Shown here one piece after another: positions 21,226 through 33,829 of a stretch of DNA of 56,772 bases (the first letter of the stretch is position 1; each line of letters opens with the position of its first letter). Source of the DNA: Octopus sinensis (lineage: Eukaryota); contig NW_021833595.1 of the NCBI RefSeq assembly GCF_006345805.1, positions 1 through 56,772 of the forward strand, in the 5' to 3' direction. A program made the position numbers and the translations under genes. Under the pieces are notes generated by a model. The model worked only from the letters and a program-made list of their open reading frames with translations. It was not told the origin of the DNA and made no database searches.

Positions 21226-24095
21226 TGTCACAGGCGCAGCGAGCGACCGAGCGCTAGACGCATGTTATTGCAGAAATTGAGAACATGTTATAGTTGTAGC
21301 AGAAATTGAGAACATGTTATCTACTAATCCCGTGGACCTTTTAATTGTGAATGAAACGAAATTAAAACAACAGGATGATTATTATCTGAATGGCTATTAC
21401 TCCCTAGATATCAAATGGAAGTCGGGTTCGATAGCTGGAACGGGGACTTCTATATTTTACAAATCAACTTTGAGAGTGAAAAATTTGAAAATTGTTTCTG
21501 AAGAACTCTGTGAATTTGTCACAATCGATGTTCGACTTGAAAAAACATGGATTAAAATTGGAGGGATGTATTCGAAATATCTTTCTAATACCCATCGCTT
21601 ATCAAGAATTTTTTCGCTGATAAGCACAAGCCTTATCAATACTCCTTGGAGATTTGAATGCTAAGTGCTCCTCCTTCGGCTGTATGGGGATTAACAGGGA
21701 TGGTCTCATTCTTAAGAAACTTTCAACATCCTTTGGATTTTCAGTCTTCACATCCAAAACACCGAATCATTACTCTCCAGGAGGGTGGGACTATTTGGGC
21801 TTGGCTTTGGTGTCTTTGCCTGCCCTTAAACTCTTGGAAGAACCGATTACTATCAATGACATTGGGAGTGATCATCTGCCGATCTTATATAAACTCAACG
21901 TCACCCCGTTGAAGGTTACGCCTACTTTCATACGATACAACCTTACTCCCATAAACTGGGATCACTACAGAAAATGTTTTGAAATTTATCTGAACAAATT
22001 TGCCCCTCAACTTGGGGATAATTCTTCAGGAGAAGATTTGGAAAAGTCGAGCAATTTTCTTATTGGCTTCATAAAGTCTTATCTAGAAATATACTCTTCC
22101 AAAATCACCTCTAACAGTAAGAAAATTCCGTTGACATGCAAAAATGTCCTTTTAAAGAAAAAACAATGCCTAAGGAACAAACTTTGTCGTTGTGTGGACT
22201 TTCACGACCGATCTGTTCTAAAAAACGAAATATTTGCCATTTCCCAGGAAATAAAAAGGTCAACAATTGCTGCTAAGAATAAAGAATGGAAGGCTGAATG
22301 CAATAAACTACATAAAGCAAATCCAAACTTTTGGAAAGTTTTCGGAAAATTATCCACTTCAAATTCCGAGGTAGCAATACCGCAACTGTTAAATCAAGAT
22401 GGATCCCCTGCTTCTCTTGAAGAAATACCAAATATATTTGGAGACAGTCTTAAAGGAACTCAGGAGGTCAACCCGGACTTACTGTTATCTGGACCAGCAC
22501 TGTGTCATATGAAAAAAGAATTGGATGGACTCCTCAGCTCGTTGCCTTTGTGCACGATAGCTATAACTTGCAAAGACGTGGAGGACGCAATAAAATGCTC
22601 GAAGGATAATGCCCCAGGAAGAGACAAGATAACAATGCGATTGTTCAAAGAAGCACCGAGGGAACTTTATGAATATTTGAGATGTCTTTTCTCCTGTAGT
22701 CTTCATCTTGGATACGTCCCCTCCTCCTGGAAATTAACGGAGGTTAGGATGATACTGAAGCCAGGAAAACCTCGCTACTTGCCAACAAGCTATAGGCCGA
22801 TAAGCCTGATTCCTACCATCAGCCGAATCATGGAAAGGATATTGCTGTGGAGACTCTCGGAACATGTGGAGAGCAAAAATATTTTAAAAAATGCGCAGTG
22901 GGGTTTCCGCAGAAATCGCTCTTGTGGGGACTGTCATTATACGGTTAATTCGTTAATTATGAAGGCTCTGGATACCAAGGGATCTCTGACGATGGCATGT
23001 CTTGACATTTCGAAGGCATTCGACAGTGTATGGCATTTTGGCCTTCTGAGACATCTGGCGAAGTGTCAGATAGATAGAGAACTGTTTCTATGGCTACAGG
23101 ACTTCCTCCGCGACAGACGATCAGTGGTTAGCTTACTGAACCATGACTCGGATGAGCTAAAATTAAAAAGAGGTGTCCCCCAGGGATCAGTACTCAGTCC
23201 TCTGTTATTCAACATTGTAATGAGTAATCTACCTTCTCCAAATGATGTACGGACGGAAATTCTAATATATGCGGATGATGTGGTCATCCTCGATGTTTCA
23301 CCGAAACCTGCCTTATCTGAACATCGAATGCTGTCATATATGGAAGAGGTCGAACATTGGTGCAGAAATAACATGCTGACTGCGCACGTGAGAAGTCTGC
23401 CCTGTTGAGAATCACAGAAAGTAGAAATCTTAAAAATTCACCATGTCTGATTACTAACATACCACGACAACATTCAATAAAATACCTGGATTGCAAATTG
23501 AAGAAAATGGTAAATACACTGAATATGCGAAAATTCGGAAAAAGAAAGCAACAAACGCTCTGTTTTTCCTAAGAAAGTTTAATCTGGAACCAGATACTTT
23601 CCTTTATGTTTTTAACACGGTGATCTTACCAGGACTTATATTTGGAAAAGAGGCATGGTACTTCTCTAGAAAGAGGAGTTCCATTATCGAGAAGTTCGAA
23701 AAAACTCGGAGACTGGCGTTAAAAATCGCCTACTCCCAAAGCCCGGAATGCCCGATTCCCCCATGGCTCGAGGCTAAAACGCCCACGGTGGGGGAAATCG
23801 TTGAAAAAGGCATCAAAAACTACAAACTTTGGTCAACAGTCACTGGGACTTACCTGCAAAGGTAATTCTATACTGAGACGTTGGGGTCCCTCTTTTCTTT
23901 TTGTTTCGCGGAAGAAGTCGGTAAGCAAGCCTTACCGTTTCATTAATTATTACCCCACATACTATTCTTTGTTACCTAAATAAAGTTGTTACCTACCTTA
24001 CCTGGGTATTTGTCAATTTATAAATTGTTTGATTGATCGCATCTAGAAATTGAGTGGTCGCTCGCTGCGCTCCGTCGCTCGCTGCGCCTGTGACA
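21226..24095. mobile_element. TGT...ACA inverted-repeat element (Ginger2/TDD-like ends) enclosing a LINE EN-RT ORF
   Basis: 22-bp perfect IR tgtcacaggcgcagcgagcgac (21226-21247) / gtcgctcgctgcgcctgtgaca (24074-24095); 5-bp TSD aaata on both sides. Confidence 0.85.
21300..23865 (+). pseudogene. LINE ORF2: AP-endonuclease + reverse transcriptase, frameshifted
   Basis: DLLIVNETKL, GD(L)NA across the frameshift at ~21650, GSDHLPI, APGRD, YRPISL, QWGFR, LDISKAFDSV, GVPQGSVLSPLLFNI, YADD; further frameshifts near 23400-23490; AATAAA at ~23979. Confidence 0.92.
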
Positions 24096-26081
24096 AAATA
24101 TAAGCAGCCAGTCTCAAAGCAATTAAATTCCTATAAAAACGAATTTTTCCCGCCAAGAGTAAAATCTGGAAGAAAAGTCAATTTTGTGAGCTCAATATTC
24201 CTCATTTCTATGTGAGATGGATTCGATCAACATACAACTGTCTGGGACTCCCTTCGTCCCCCCTGCAATTTTACACTTTCTCTTTACTTCAGGCTGCCAT
24301 TTCAAATCCGAAATTGGGACAGAATTGGGTCCTCAAATGGCTGTACTCGTTTGCCTTGACAGATCATCAAAACATTCACGTTTAGATTGTTTTATATTTC
24401 CAATTAGTTGTACTTGGATTGTCTCCGCTTTATCAATGGGTGGTGTGTAGGAGGTGAAGTCAACTCCAAATGTCCCGCTTCGTGTATCCATTTCTGGGGA
24501 TAATTATCCCTCATTGAAGCACAGTTAAGGTACATAGAGGAATGATGATGATTTGTTGAGTCTTATATTTTGGGCGACTTTGATGAGTCGTTTTTGGTAG
24601 TCGAACTGCCTCGGAGTAACTATTTGGGGTGCCTGCATGGACTGTTCATACTCTGACACTGCTTGCCGCCCAATTTGTTGAAGAACTCGGGTTATTCGAG
24701 TCATTTCCCTCCTCCTGTGCCATGATGCGGCGTATTCTGTCCATTTTTGCCACTTTTGGATCCTTCATCTGATGGCTGGAGCAGGATTATAAATGGAAAA
24801 ATCAAAACTGAAAAACTCGGAGAAATTCCAAGGACATCTCTAATAATGAATATCCCTGAAGGAATGTTTTGAATGAAAAATTTGCATAGGAAAAATTCCA
24901 AAAAAATAATTAAGAAACTAATTGTTATGAAGATCTCTGATGTCGGAGCACAGACGGACGCTGATTTCCTAAATACGTGGACCAACGGAGTATCATTGAC
25001 TGTCGATTTTGATATGCAAACAAATCCGATCTGTATGTCACAGAAAGTGAGCCGCGTGAAGGCCTCAGTACGAAGACGGTCAGAGAAAGCTGATGTCAAA
25101 TGAAACTCTGCACTTGATTGAGAAACAAGCACTTCGGTGCTTTCTTTTTATCTCCCCGTTAACGATTTTTCCTTGTTCTTTGGGTTTTTGGTTTTTTAAA
25201 GAATAAAGACAATTCAATTCAAAAACGCGCATAAACCTAAGTTTCCAAAGTTTGAAGAGAAATTGATTGAATGAATGAAGGAAATCAAGTCCTAAAATAC
25301 ATTCCAAAAAAGTAAAGAAGCACTTTTTGCGGATGAGTTACAACTCAGTAATTTCAAAAATTCTAATGGATTCTTGAAGATTTCTTAGGCATTGAATATA
25401 CGAAAAATCGAACATTTATTGCCACCATGCAGACTGGCAGGGACGCCAGATTGGTCAGGTCAATTATCTAAATACAAAACAAATATTTTTCGACAAAACA
25501 TTTCATTGCCAATAAGAAAATAAAATCTTATTAATAAAAAAGTTCTAAAAACTTAAAAAGATTATCATTAATTAACGTTTTAGTTTAATTAGCTCTCTCG
25601 AGACCCTCTCGAACAAATAAGGAAGTATCTGGAATCAGGTCACCTTGATGATTCCTGAGTTCTGGGAAAGGGTACGAATACGAAGATATTCCAAAAAATT
25701 CAGTTTCATGGAGAACAACACCCTCATTACTAAAAATGACTTAGAGTTGCGTTTCTTTTTGCTCAAAGACGCTGGACTTAGGTTAAAATGTATCGAAGTA
25801 GTGTATTGGTTTATTTAAATCAAACTCAACACAATCTTAATCAATTTGAACGTCATAAATTGTACAGTTTATTGACACTCACCACTTATGTTACCAGACG
25901 TACTGATGTGGCTTCTGTGGTATCTTAATGTTTTTATTGTTAGGTAAATTACCAATTTACTTAATTCCAGTCGAAACGATTCCTTTCGACTAAACCAGTC
26001 ATAACGTCAATTATTGCTTCTTCCACGAAAACGCCAAACTGTTTCCCCGGATAATGGCGATCGAGAACCATTGCAATAGAT

Positions 26082-28275
26082 CAGAGGTTTCCAAATGGGG
26101 AGGCGCGCCTCCCTAGGGAGGCGTTGACTCGTGTCAAGGGAGGCGCGAAAAGTATTTCAGAAACATTTTTTAGAAAATTATATCTATGTAAAAAACGTGA
26201 CTATATTCCGATAATAAGAGTTATTAATTTAAAAATTATATTTTTTCAAAAATTTATTTAATTTATTAGACAATTAAATAATTTTAACACATGAATAAAT
26301 TCTTGAGTGGTTGCAAAAGAAAATTCACGAATAATAAAGATTTTGACGATGGTTCAAAAAATCAAAATGATTGGAATATAATCAATACCACTCCAAAGAC
26401 AAGAAAATACTTTCCATCTTACTTATTGTTAGGATTCACACGTATCTTTGTTGATTCTATGGAAAAACCCCTCTGTTTGCTTTGCCTCAAAACACTTGCA
26501 GCAGATAGTATGAGGCCATGCAAATTAAGAAGACATTTTGAAACGATGCATTCTGAACATGTCCATAAGTCTGAAGAATTTTTTAAAAGAAAATTAGAAG
26601 AGTTTGATAACCAAACGAAATCGTTAAAAAAACTTGTTTCTGTCTCTTCAAATGCTTTACTAGCATCGTACAAAGTTTCTTACAGGATTGCAAAATGCAA
26701 GAAACCGCACAATATCGGAGAAACTCTAGTTTTGCCAGCAGCTATCGATATGGTTGAAGCAATGTTTGGCGAATCCTATGCAAAACAATTACAGCAAATA
26801 CCGCTTGCTGATAACACAGTCGCTAGAAGAATTGATGACATATCTGAAGATCTTTGTGATCAGTTGGTTTCTCGACTACGTAACTGTAAATTGCTATACA
26901 AGTTGATGAGGGAGCTGACATAAATAAAAATGCACATTTAATTGCATATGTCAGATATGCTGAAGAAAGTACAATAATAGAAGATCTATTATTCTGCAAA
27001 CCATTTCCTGGAAGGAGCACGGCCAATGAAATTTTTAATATAATGATACTTTTTTTGAAGAAAATAACATAGAATGGATCAATTGTGTTGGACTTTGTAC
27101 AGACGGAGCACAGTCAATGTCAGGAAATAAATCTGGTCTTCAAGCTCTTGTAAAAAACAGAGCACCAGAAATTATCTGGACGCACTGCATGCTGCACAGA
27201 TCAGCACTTGTCTCAAAGAATATGAGTCCAGAACTGAACGATATTTTTGCGCAAATTACAAAAGTTATAAACTACATAAAACACAGTCCTTTAAGAGCTA
27301 AGCTTTTTGCAAAGCTGTGTGAAGATATGGATTCAAAATATACATCGCTTTTATACTATTGTGAGGTACGCTGGCTATCTCGTGCAAAAGTGATTAGAAG
27401 GGTGTTTGAACTCAAAGATCAAGTTGCAGATTTTCTTGATGAAAATGATATTGAAGATGCAAAGTTGTTCAGGGATGATGACTTTATTGTCAAATTTGCC
27501 TATTTAGTTGACATTTTTGGGAAATTGAGTATATTGAATAAATCAATGCAGGGACCACAACTACATTTATTCTCTCAAAAGGACAAAATAAAAGCATTTA
27601 TGAAAAAATTGGTATTATGGAAATCAAATATACAAAAAAATATCTATGACATGTTTCCACTTTTAAACACCTTTTGCGCCATAGTGAACATTGAAGCAAA
27701 CAAAGACATATTTGCTGAACATTTGGATTGTTTGTTGAAGCATTTTGCTCACTATTTTAAAGATCTCGACTGTAAAATGTTCGAATGGATACAGAATCCA
27801 TTTATTGATGAAGGAGATAATCAATTTGCATTGACAACTTTTGAAAAAGAAAAATTGATAGAATTGTCATGCGATACATTATTGAAACAAAAATTTGAGA
27901 GAGAACCGCTAATTTCTTTTTGGTTGAATGTAAAAACGGAATATGAAATTTTGTCGAATAAAGCAATGAAAGTTTTGTTGCCATTTGCTACTTCATATTT
28001 ATGCGAAACTGGATTTTCTGCACTAGCTGCAATTAATCTAAATATCGAACTCGTTTAGTAGTGACTAATGAGCTAAGAGTAGCACTCTCTGCGATGACAC
28101 CAAGATTTGAAAAACTTTGCGCCAAGATGGAAAAAAAATTATCTCATTAACTTTTTGTTTTAAAAATTGTTTTTGATAAAATAATAATTGTATTATATTA
28201 TGGAATATAAAGGGAGGCGCAAGATTGTACTTTTTCTCTAAGGGAGGCGCGTAAAAAAAAGCTTGGAAACCTCTG
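26082..28275 (+). mobile_element. Full-length Buster/ZBED5-like hAT transposon with frameshifted transposase (26291-28150)
   Basis: TIR cagaggtttccaa; 8-bp TSD caatagat (26074-26081, 28276-28283); motifs KKPHNIGE, (Q)VDE, TDGAQSMSG, HCMLHR, EVRWLSR, TSYLCETGFS. Confidence 0.95.
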
Positions 28276-28539
28276 CAATAGATTGTTTTTGTGATATCAT
28301 TATAAAGTGGTCAAAGTTTGTTTATCAATTTTCTCATTTTTTAAATTGGCCAATTGACCCAACGGAGTCGTATTCGCGATAACTTGCTTTCTCACGTGAA
28401 GATTGAGTTCACATTATTCGACCACTAAAGTCGGCTGCTACATTTTTTAGGCCTGTGTAGGTGGCAGAGAGGGCAAAAAATGGTGAGGAATGAAGTTGTT
28501 TTTAAAACATCGAAAAAAGAATTTTATGATTAATCATGA

Positions 28540-28998
28540 AGCAAAAATTAAAATGTTTGGATTATGACAACTGGTTGGAGACTCTAGGAAGTGAAAATAT
28601 TTTTAACTGTGATGAAGTAGCTTTATACATAAACAAATGCCTTCAAAATTTTTTGTTCAATTTAATGATAAATGCAATAGAATTAAAAAAATAAAAAGAA
28701 GGTTTCCTTTCTCTTTTGGCGTAATCCACTTAGTAAAAAGTTAAAAAAAATAATTTTTATATCTTTAAAAACTTTGTGGATGATTAGTGATATTTTTGTG
28801 CCATGGTTATGGAAAGTAAACCAAGATATTATGAATGAAAACAGAAAAATTGTTTTAATAGTGGATAATGCGAACTGTCACAAAATTGCCAAAGATTCCA
28901 ATGTTCATTTACTTTTGCTTCTAAAAAATACGACTGCTTTGGTTCAACTCTTAGATATGGGATTAATAAAATCCTGTTTAAAAGGAAAAGTTGTTTGA
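28540..28998 (+). pseudogene. pogo/Tigger-like transposase remnant
   Basis: IFNCDE...KIVLIVDNANCH...LLKNTTALVQLLDMGLIKS. Confidence 0.7.
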
Positions 28999-29029
28999 AA
29001 CAATAGTCCATAAGGGAGACGTAACCCAT

Positions 29030-30130
29030 GCGGCCCGGTAAGAATTTTGTAAGCCAGGTTTTGTAGTTTGAGTTTAGACCAGTCGTGAGAATTTTGTTGG
29101 TGAGACCACAACGAGGGACGCTGTCAAAAGCCTTATATATTTCGATGAAAACTATGACTGTTCGTTTTGGGAGTCTCTTCTCATTGAATCCGTCCAGGAA
29201 AGTATTTGGAAAGCGTTGTTAAGTGAGATGTTAAGTGCAATGGTTTGGATATGGGAGGTTAGTAAGTAATTAAATACTCGTGAAAAGATTAGTCTTTCAA
29301 GTCTTTTAGCTAGCGCGCACAAGACAGATTTGGCGTTAGAAGCTTAGAATGCCAGACGGTTTGTTTGATTTGATCAATTTCCTCCAGAGAGACGGAATTT
29401 CGTTTTTTGCATTAGAATTGTTGTAAATAGAAAAAATGGCATTGATTGCGTTAGAGACAATTCTATTAAATTGGTAGATTGAAATGTTGCCAGGACCCGT
29501 GGTGGGGGAATTTTACAATGCGAGACTTCGTCTGCAAAAAAGATGGCTTTCTCCGAAATTAGGTAACCTTCCGATCATTTTATTAGATTTTGTGTGACTT
29601 AATGAAGCGTAGTATTTCATCATGGCATTTACCTGCTGAACGGGATTGAGTGGGGTGTTTGAATGAAAAGTATCAGATTCGTGGGATTCTGGCCTTTCAA
29701 ACATCATTTCCTTGAGGATCTTTCAGATTTTGAAGCTGTTTAATCTGTAGTCAATTGAGGCGATAAATTCAGTCCACTTAGAATCTGCGTGGAGATTTAT
29801 GACAGCGCTAATTTGTTTGTTTATGTTTCTCAGTTCGATAGAGGACTCGACAAAGTGCCTTGTTATCTGTTTCAGTTTGTTGCGAGTCTTTATGAGGAAA
29901 TTTTTTTTGTGGCTCTAACTTTGGGGAACTTTTTAATTTTTCCTTGAGGGATGATTTTTTTAAATTAGAGTGATGTGAGCATTTAGGTAACTGACTGCTG
30001 CATCTGTCAAGCGAAAGGTGCTGAGTTGAAATCATTCAGAAAATTTTTCTAGAAGAGCAAGGCGATATTCGTCCCAAGAAGCTCTTTTGTAGCTAGTGCA
30101 AAAAAGCGTTGTCTACATCTTACGGGGGAA
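29030..30130 (-). pseudogene. Decayed LINE RT fragment
   Basis: TVIVFIEIYKAFDSVP (motif A) preceded by a GP.NIS-like segment; heavily disrupted. Confidence 0.55.
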
Positions 30131-30344
30131 AGGTTATAGGTCTATTGGTAATAAATCATCCAAAAATCGACAAATAAATATTCCCTTTTTATCCACACAA
30201 AAAGCAGACTTGTCATTAGATGAAAACTCGTTTGAGACAAACACGGATTAAATATAGTGATCCAGTTATTATAGTGTTAGACAATGCACCAGCTCTCAAA
30301 ATCGAAGAAGTTCTTTGGTTAGAAGAACTTTATAATTTTCATAT

Positions 30345-30630
30345 TCTTCGGTGTGTGAAAACTCGAGGGTCGCACCTCGATTGTTGTCCAGCACAACAGA
30401 CCGCACCTCGATTGTTGTCCAGCACAACAGACCCGATATTGTGGTCCACGATAAGGTCTCCGGGGAGATTTTTCATCGTGGAGGTGGGAATCACTTTCCT
30501 AGATTGTTTACAGAAAGTGGAAGTAACGAAAAAGAGGAAGTATGTCCTCCTTGCAGACAAACTAGAGGTTATGCATCAGTGTAAAGTCCATGTCATCCCG
30601 TGTGTGATGGCATGGGATGTTGTCGTATTT
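30345..30630 (+). mobile_element. R4-like RLE endonuclease fragment with a ~30-bp tandem duplication
   Basis: HNRPDIVVHDK...FIVEVGIT...KKRKYVLLA...VIPCVMAWD; cgcacctcgattgttgtccagcacaacagac is duplicated at 30371-30432. Confidence 0.7.
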
Positions 30631-31234
30631 TGCAGCAACCATATAATTGATTTTTTTGTTAAATAAAGGAAATTGCTTGGCGAAAATTAAGGCTTTGCCA
30701 AAAAAGCTTTAAATTTGGTATACAGTGCTGGACTTAACAAAAAGTTTGATATACATATTATGCAAAAATAATTTTTTGCTGTAACTCTAAAATTAAAGAA
30801 TTATACTTTTTCTACAAAATCAAGCTTAATCTTTTTTAATGAAAAAAGGGTTATTATTTTTCAAGTCAGTCTTTTTAACACTTTTCCATGACTAAGACAC
30901 CTATGAAATTGTGATACAGGACGTTATATTCAGTCTCAAAGTCGTCCAAAAATGTTTTTAATTGTTTTTTTCTTCGACTGACAGTGGGCACATTTTTTCT
31001 CAATTTTCTTGACTTCAAGCCTCAAAATTAGGTAAATTTTATTTTTTAGTAGACTGTATAATCGATCGCGCCAAATAAATATAATCATGTTCATACTACC
31101 ATCATTAAAAAAAACCAAAAATATTACCTCGATTATTTTCGTTTTCAGTTCTCTCTCTTCAATTTTTTTTTTTTACATTTGATTTATTTATTTTTTTTTT
31201 CAAAAGGCCAATTTGAAATATATGGAAAGTTAAA

Positions 31235-33790
31235 TTAATCAGAAATTAATCGGCCAGCAAGCCGGATGGAACAGCTGTTCCCACGCACAACGGCCAACAG
31301 GATCCTTTGGATTAGGAATGTAAATTCCCTAGGATCTTTGGAGCGTAATGAACAGAGGTGGCCAAGTTTCTTCAGATGATCAATAGTCTTTGTGCCAAAG
31401 ACGCACGAAGTCTCAACAACAATTGGCCAAAACCAAAAGCCGTCTAACAAGCCCTGGTATTTTTCGGATTTTGTATATTCAGCCCTATTAGCACGGGACC
31501 CGGGCAGAGAGGCGGATTCGTTGATGGCCGACTTAGAGAAGGAATCAACACACGTGGCATCCCAAACTAGTGGTTTACCAGCGTCGAAAGCGAACAACGT
31601 CGAGCCATCAGGCCTTTTTCCGTCACCACGGTCAAGACCAATTGGCTCAAGGACAGAAGGATACCCTGCCTTTTCGAGGGCATGGAGAATGATCTTGTTA
31701 AGAGCCGAATGACGAGGTATGCGACCTGCGCTTTTCTTGCAGGAAAGGGCATGGAGCCCGTATGTGTCCATCGTTGATCCACACCGGCAGGGGTGGGGAT
31801 TACAAATCGGTAGTCCGAGACGAAGGCATATTCCAAAACGGAGGGCATCAGAGTCGAGGCAGGTATCCAAATGGGTCGTGGGAAGGCAGTTAAGCCAGGA
31901 GCCAGAATACGGTTGGCGACTGGCACGGAAGCAAGCTAGTCTGTGCTGGTCCAAGAGACGCTCCAACGAGTCAACGTAATATTCACAAATAATTTTGTCC
32001 CATTCACGTTGGAGAGATCGTTCTGACGGTAAGACGAAATCCTTTTCCTTCCAAAGCAAGAGTGCAGAATTGATATCAGAGTCCAAAGTTGATTCGGGTG
32101 ATTTTTCAAGAATCTTATGGACAAGAAGATACAATCCTGAAGAAGATGAAAGGAAAGCGGGAAGAGAAAGGTCGAGCGCGGAGCGAAGCCCCAGACCGCC
32201 AAAGGATACAGGAAGTTTGGCCTGACACCAACTAACGTCATCAAACTTGACATTAAAAATCTTCTCAGCGGAAGAACGCACCAGAGCGTCGAAAGAATCC
32301 AAGGCAATAGGAATAGAAAAGCAGCGGGAACTCCTTAGGACATAATTGATTTTCGGGATCAGAAGATAATTTTTGAGAATGAAATAAGCAGGGTGGGGAT
32401 CAATATCTGCAAGTTTATCACAAAGGGAAGAAAGGGCATTCCTCTTGGAATTAAGAATACGAATGGCGGATTGGTCGTAGATCGGAGCACCCAAGATTTC
32501 GAGATCGGCAGTGGAAGTATGTCTCAGATCGGGCAAAAGGCCTCGAAACTGAGAAAAAATGTTTTGAAAACTAACACGATCGATGTTAACATTTACGATT
32601 TCAGATTTGAGAGAATTAATTTCGAGACCAATGGATGACAAAGCTGGGATTAGAGATTCCAAGTCCTTTAACAAAATATCGGGCGGACCACCAATAGTAC
32701 AATCATCCAAATACCAAATATTCAGAGGCGACAAATTCTTGCGGGCAATAAAATCCACGGAAAGGGCAAATAATAACGGGCCCAAAGGATCGCCTTGCTG
32801 TACACCACAAGAGGAGGAAATAAAGGAATCACCTGCAGCCAAAAGGCTCGGGTATCCATATGAAAGAAAAACAAATGGCAGCAATGAAGGAATTCTGTCT
32901 TTACAAGCCTCAAGTAGATGCTCTCTATTGAGAGAATTGAACGCATTTTTAACATCCAATTTTAGCAGTAGCCGGGGCTTTTCAGAGAGGTGAGACGAAT
33001 CAATAAAACACCGGGATGCGTGGACCGCGGCCTCGCAGCCGCCAGGCACGCCAACGCCCAACTGAATGGGCTGGAGTTCGTCACTAATAGACGGAATTAC
33101 CAGTTTGCACCCGACTTTTGCAAACAAACGGCGGAAAACATTTCCGACGGCAATAGGCCTAATGCCGCCGTCTTTTTTCTCCAAAGCTGTCAGGTTCGCA
33201 GAGAAGAAAAGCAGTCTAGCATGTTCAGATATATCCCCGCAGAGGAATAAGTTACATAGCTTGGTGATAGAATGTGAAAGACAGTTTCCGGCCTCGGCAG
33301 TATCGGAAATGAGGTCGATTAAGTGAATGGGACGGAGACCGTCAACACCACCACTACTATTGCCTCTGAAAGATTTCAAGGCAAACAAAAGTTGCTGGAC
33401 AGACGAAGAAGCAATCGAGACCCCCTCTGGAGTTTGGGGACAAAAATTAGGCACATTGCCAGTCGGGTGCTTAGAGCTGAGAATTTTGACTACATCCGGA
33501 GTAATGGTGCGGACGGAATCGGAAGATGAAAGAATGCGGACCGCAGAACCGACGTCGTGCGCCATTAAGCAGGAGTTGATACGTTTGCGTAACCGAATGG
33601 GGTTGTTTTTGGAAATGGATGAAGTTGTTTTATTAAACTTGCCCGTAAGAGAAGGCAGAATGAAAGATTCTTTCATGAACTTATTTATATTTTCTTTGAT
33701 GGAAGAGGAAAGGGATTTGTTCGAGCATGAACCTTGAACTGGGGAAGTGAGGGCAAATACTGCAAAGCAGAACAGTTGTGCAAAAACAGA
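31235..33790 (-). CDS. CRE-clade non-LTR retrotransposon ORF (RT + zinc knuckle + restriction-like endonuclease), open but probably 5'-truncated
   Basis: GIRPIAVG, LDVKNAFN, GVQQGDPLGPLLF, WYLDD, GGLGLR, CRCG...HALSC...RH, RPDG, VWDATC, VETS; T-tracts at 31163-31200 form the tail. Confidence 0.93.
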   Translation of the reverse strand, partial: SVFAQLFCFAVFALTSPVQGSCSNKSLSSSIKENINKFMKESFILPSLTGKFNKTTSSISKNNPIRLRKRINSCLMAHDVGSAVRILSSSDSVRTITPDVVKILSSKHPTGNVPNFCPQTPEGVSIASSSVQQLLFALKSFRGNSSGGVDGLRPIHLIDLISDTAEAGNCLSHSITKLCNLFLCGDISEHARLLFFSANLTALEKKDGGIRPIAVGNVFRRLFAKVGCKLVIPSISDELQPIQLGVGVPGGCEAAVHASRCFIDSSHLSEKPRLLLKLDVKNAFNSLNREHLLEACKDRIPSLLPFVFLSYGYPSLLAAGDSFISSSCGVQQGDPLGPLLFALSVDFIARKNLSPLNIWYLDDCTIGGPPDILLKDLESLIPALSSIGLEINSLKSEIVNVNIDRVSFQNIFSQFRGLLPDLRHTSTADLEILGAPIYDQSAIRILNSKRNALSSLCDKLADIDPHPAYFILKNYLLIPKINYVLRSSRCFSIPIALDSFDALVRSSAEKIFNVKFDDVSWCQAKLPVSFGGLGLRSALDLSLPAFLSSSSGLYLLVHKILEKSPESTLDSDINSALLLWKEKDFVLPSERSLQREWDKIICEYYVDSLERLLDQHRLACFRASRQPYSGSWLNCLPTTHLDTCLDSDALRFGICLRLGLPICNPHPCRCGSTMDTYGLHALSCKKSAGRIPRHSALNKIILHALEKAGYPSVLEPIGLDRGDGKRPDGSTLFAFDAGKPLVWDATCVDSFSKSAINESASLPGSRANRAEYTKSEKYQGLLDGFWFWPIVVETSCVFGTKTIDHLKKLGHLCSLRSKDPREFTFLIQRILLAVVRGNSCSIRLAGRLISD

Positions 33791-33829
33791 GATTAACATT
33801 ATCTGAGATAAAATAACAAATTTCATCCT

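Noticed and set aside
31392-33737. Many overlapping ORFs on the opposite strand or in alternative frames of the CRE element
   Set aside because: These are shadow ORFs expected in GC-richer coding DNA and carry no motifs.
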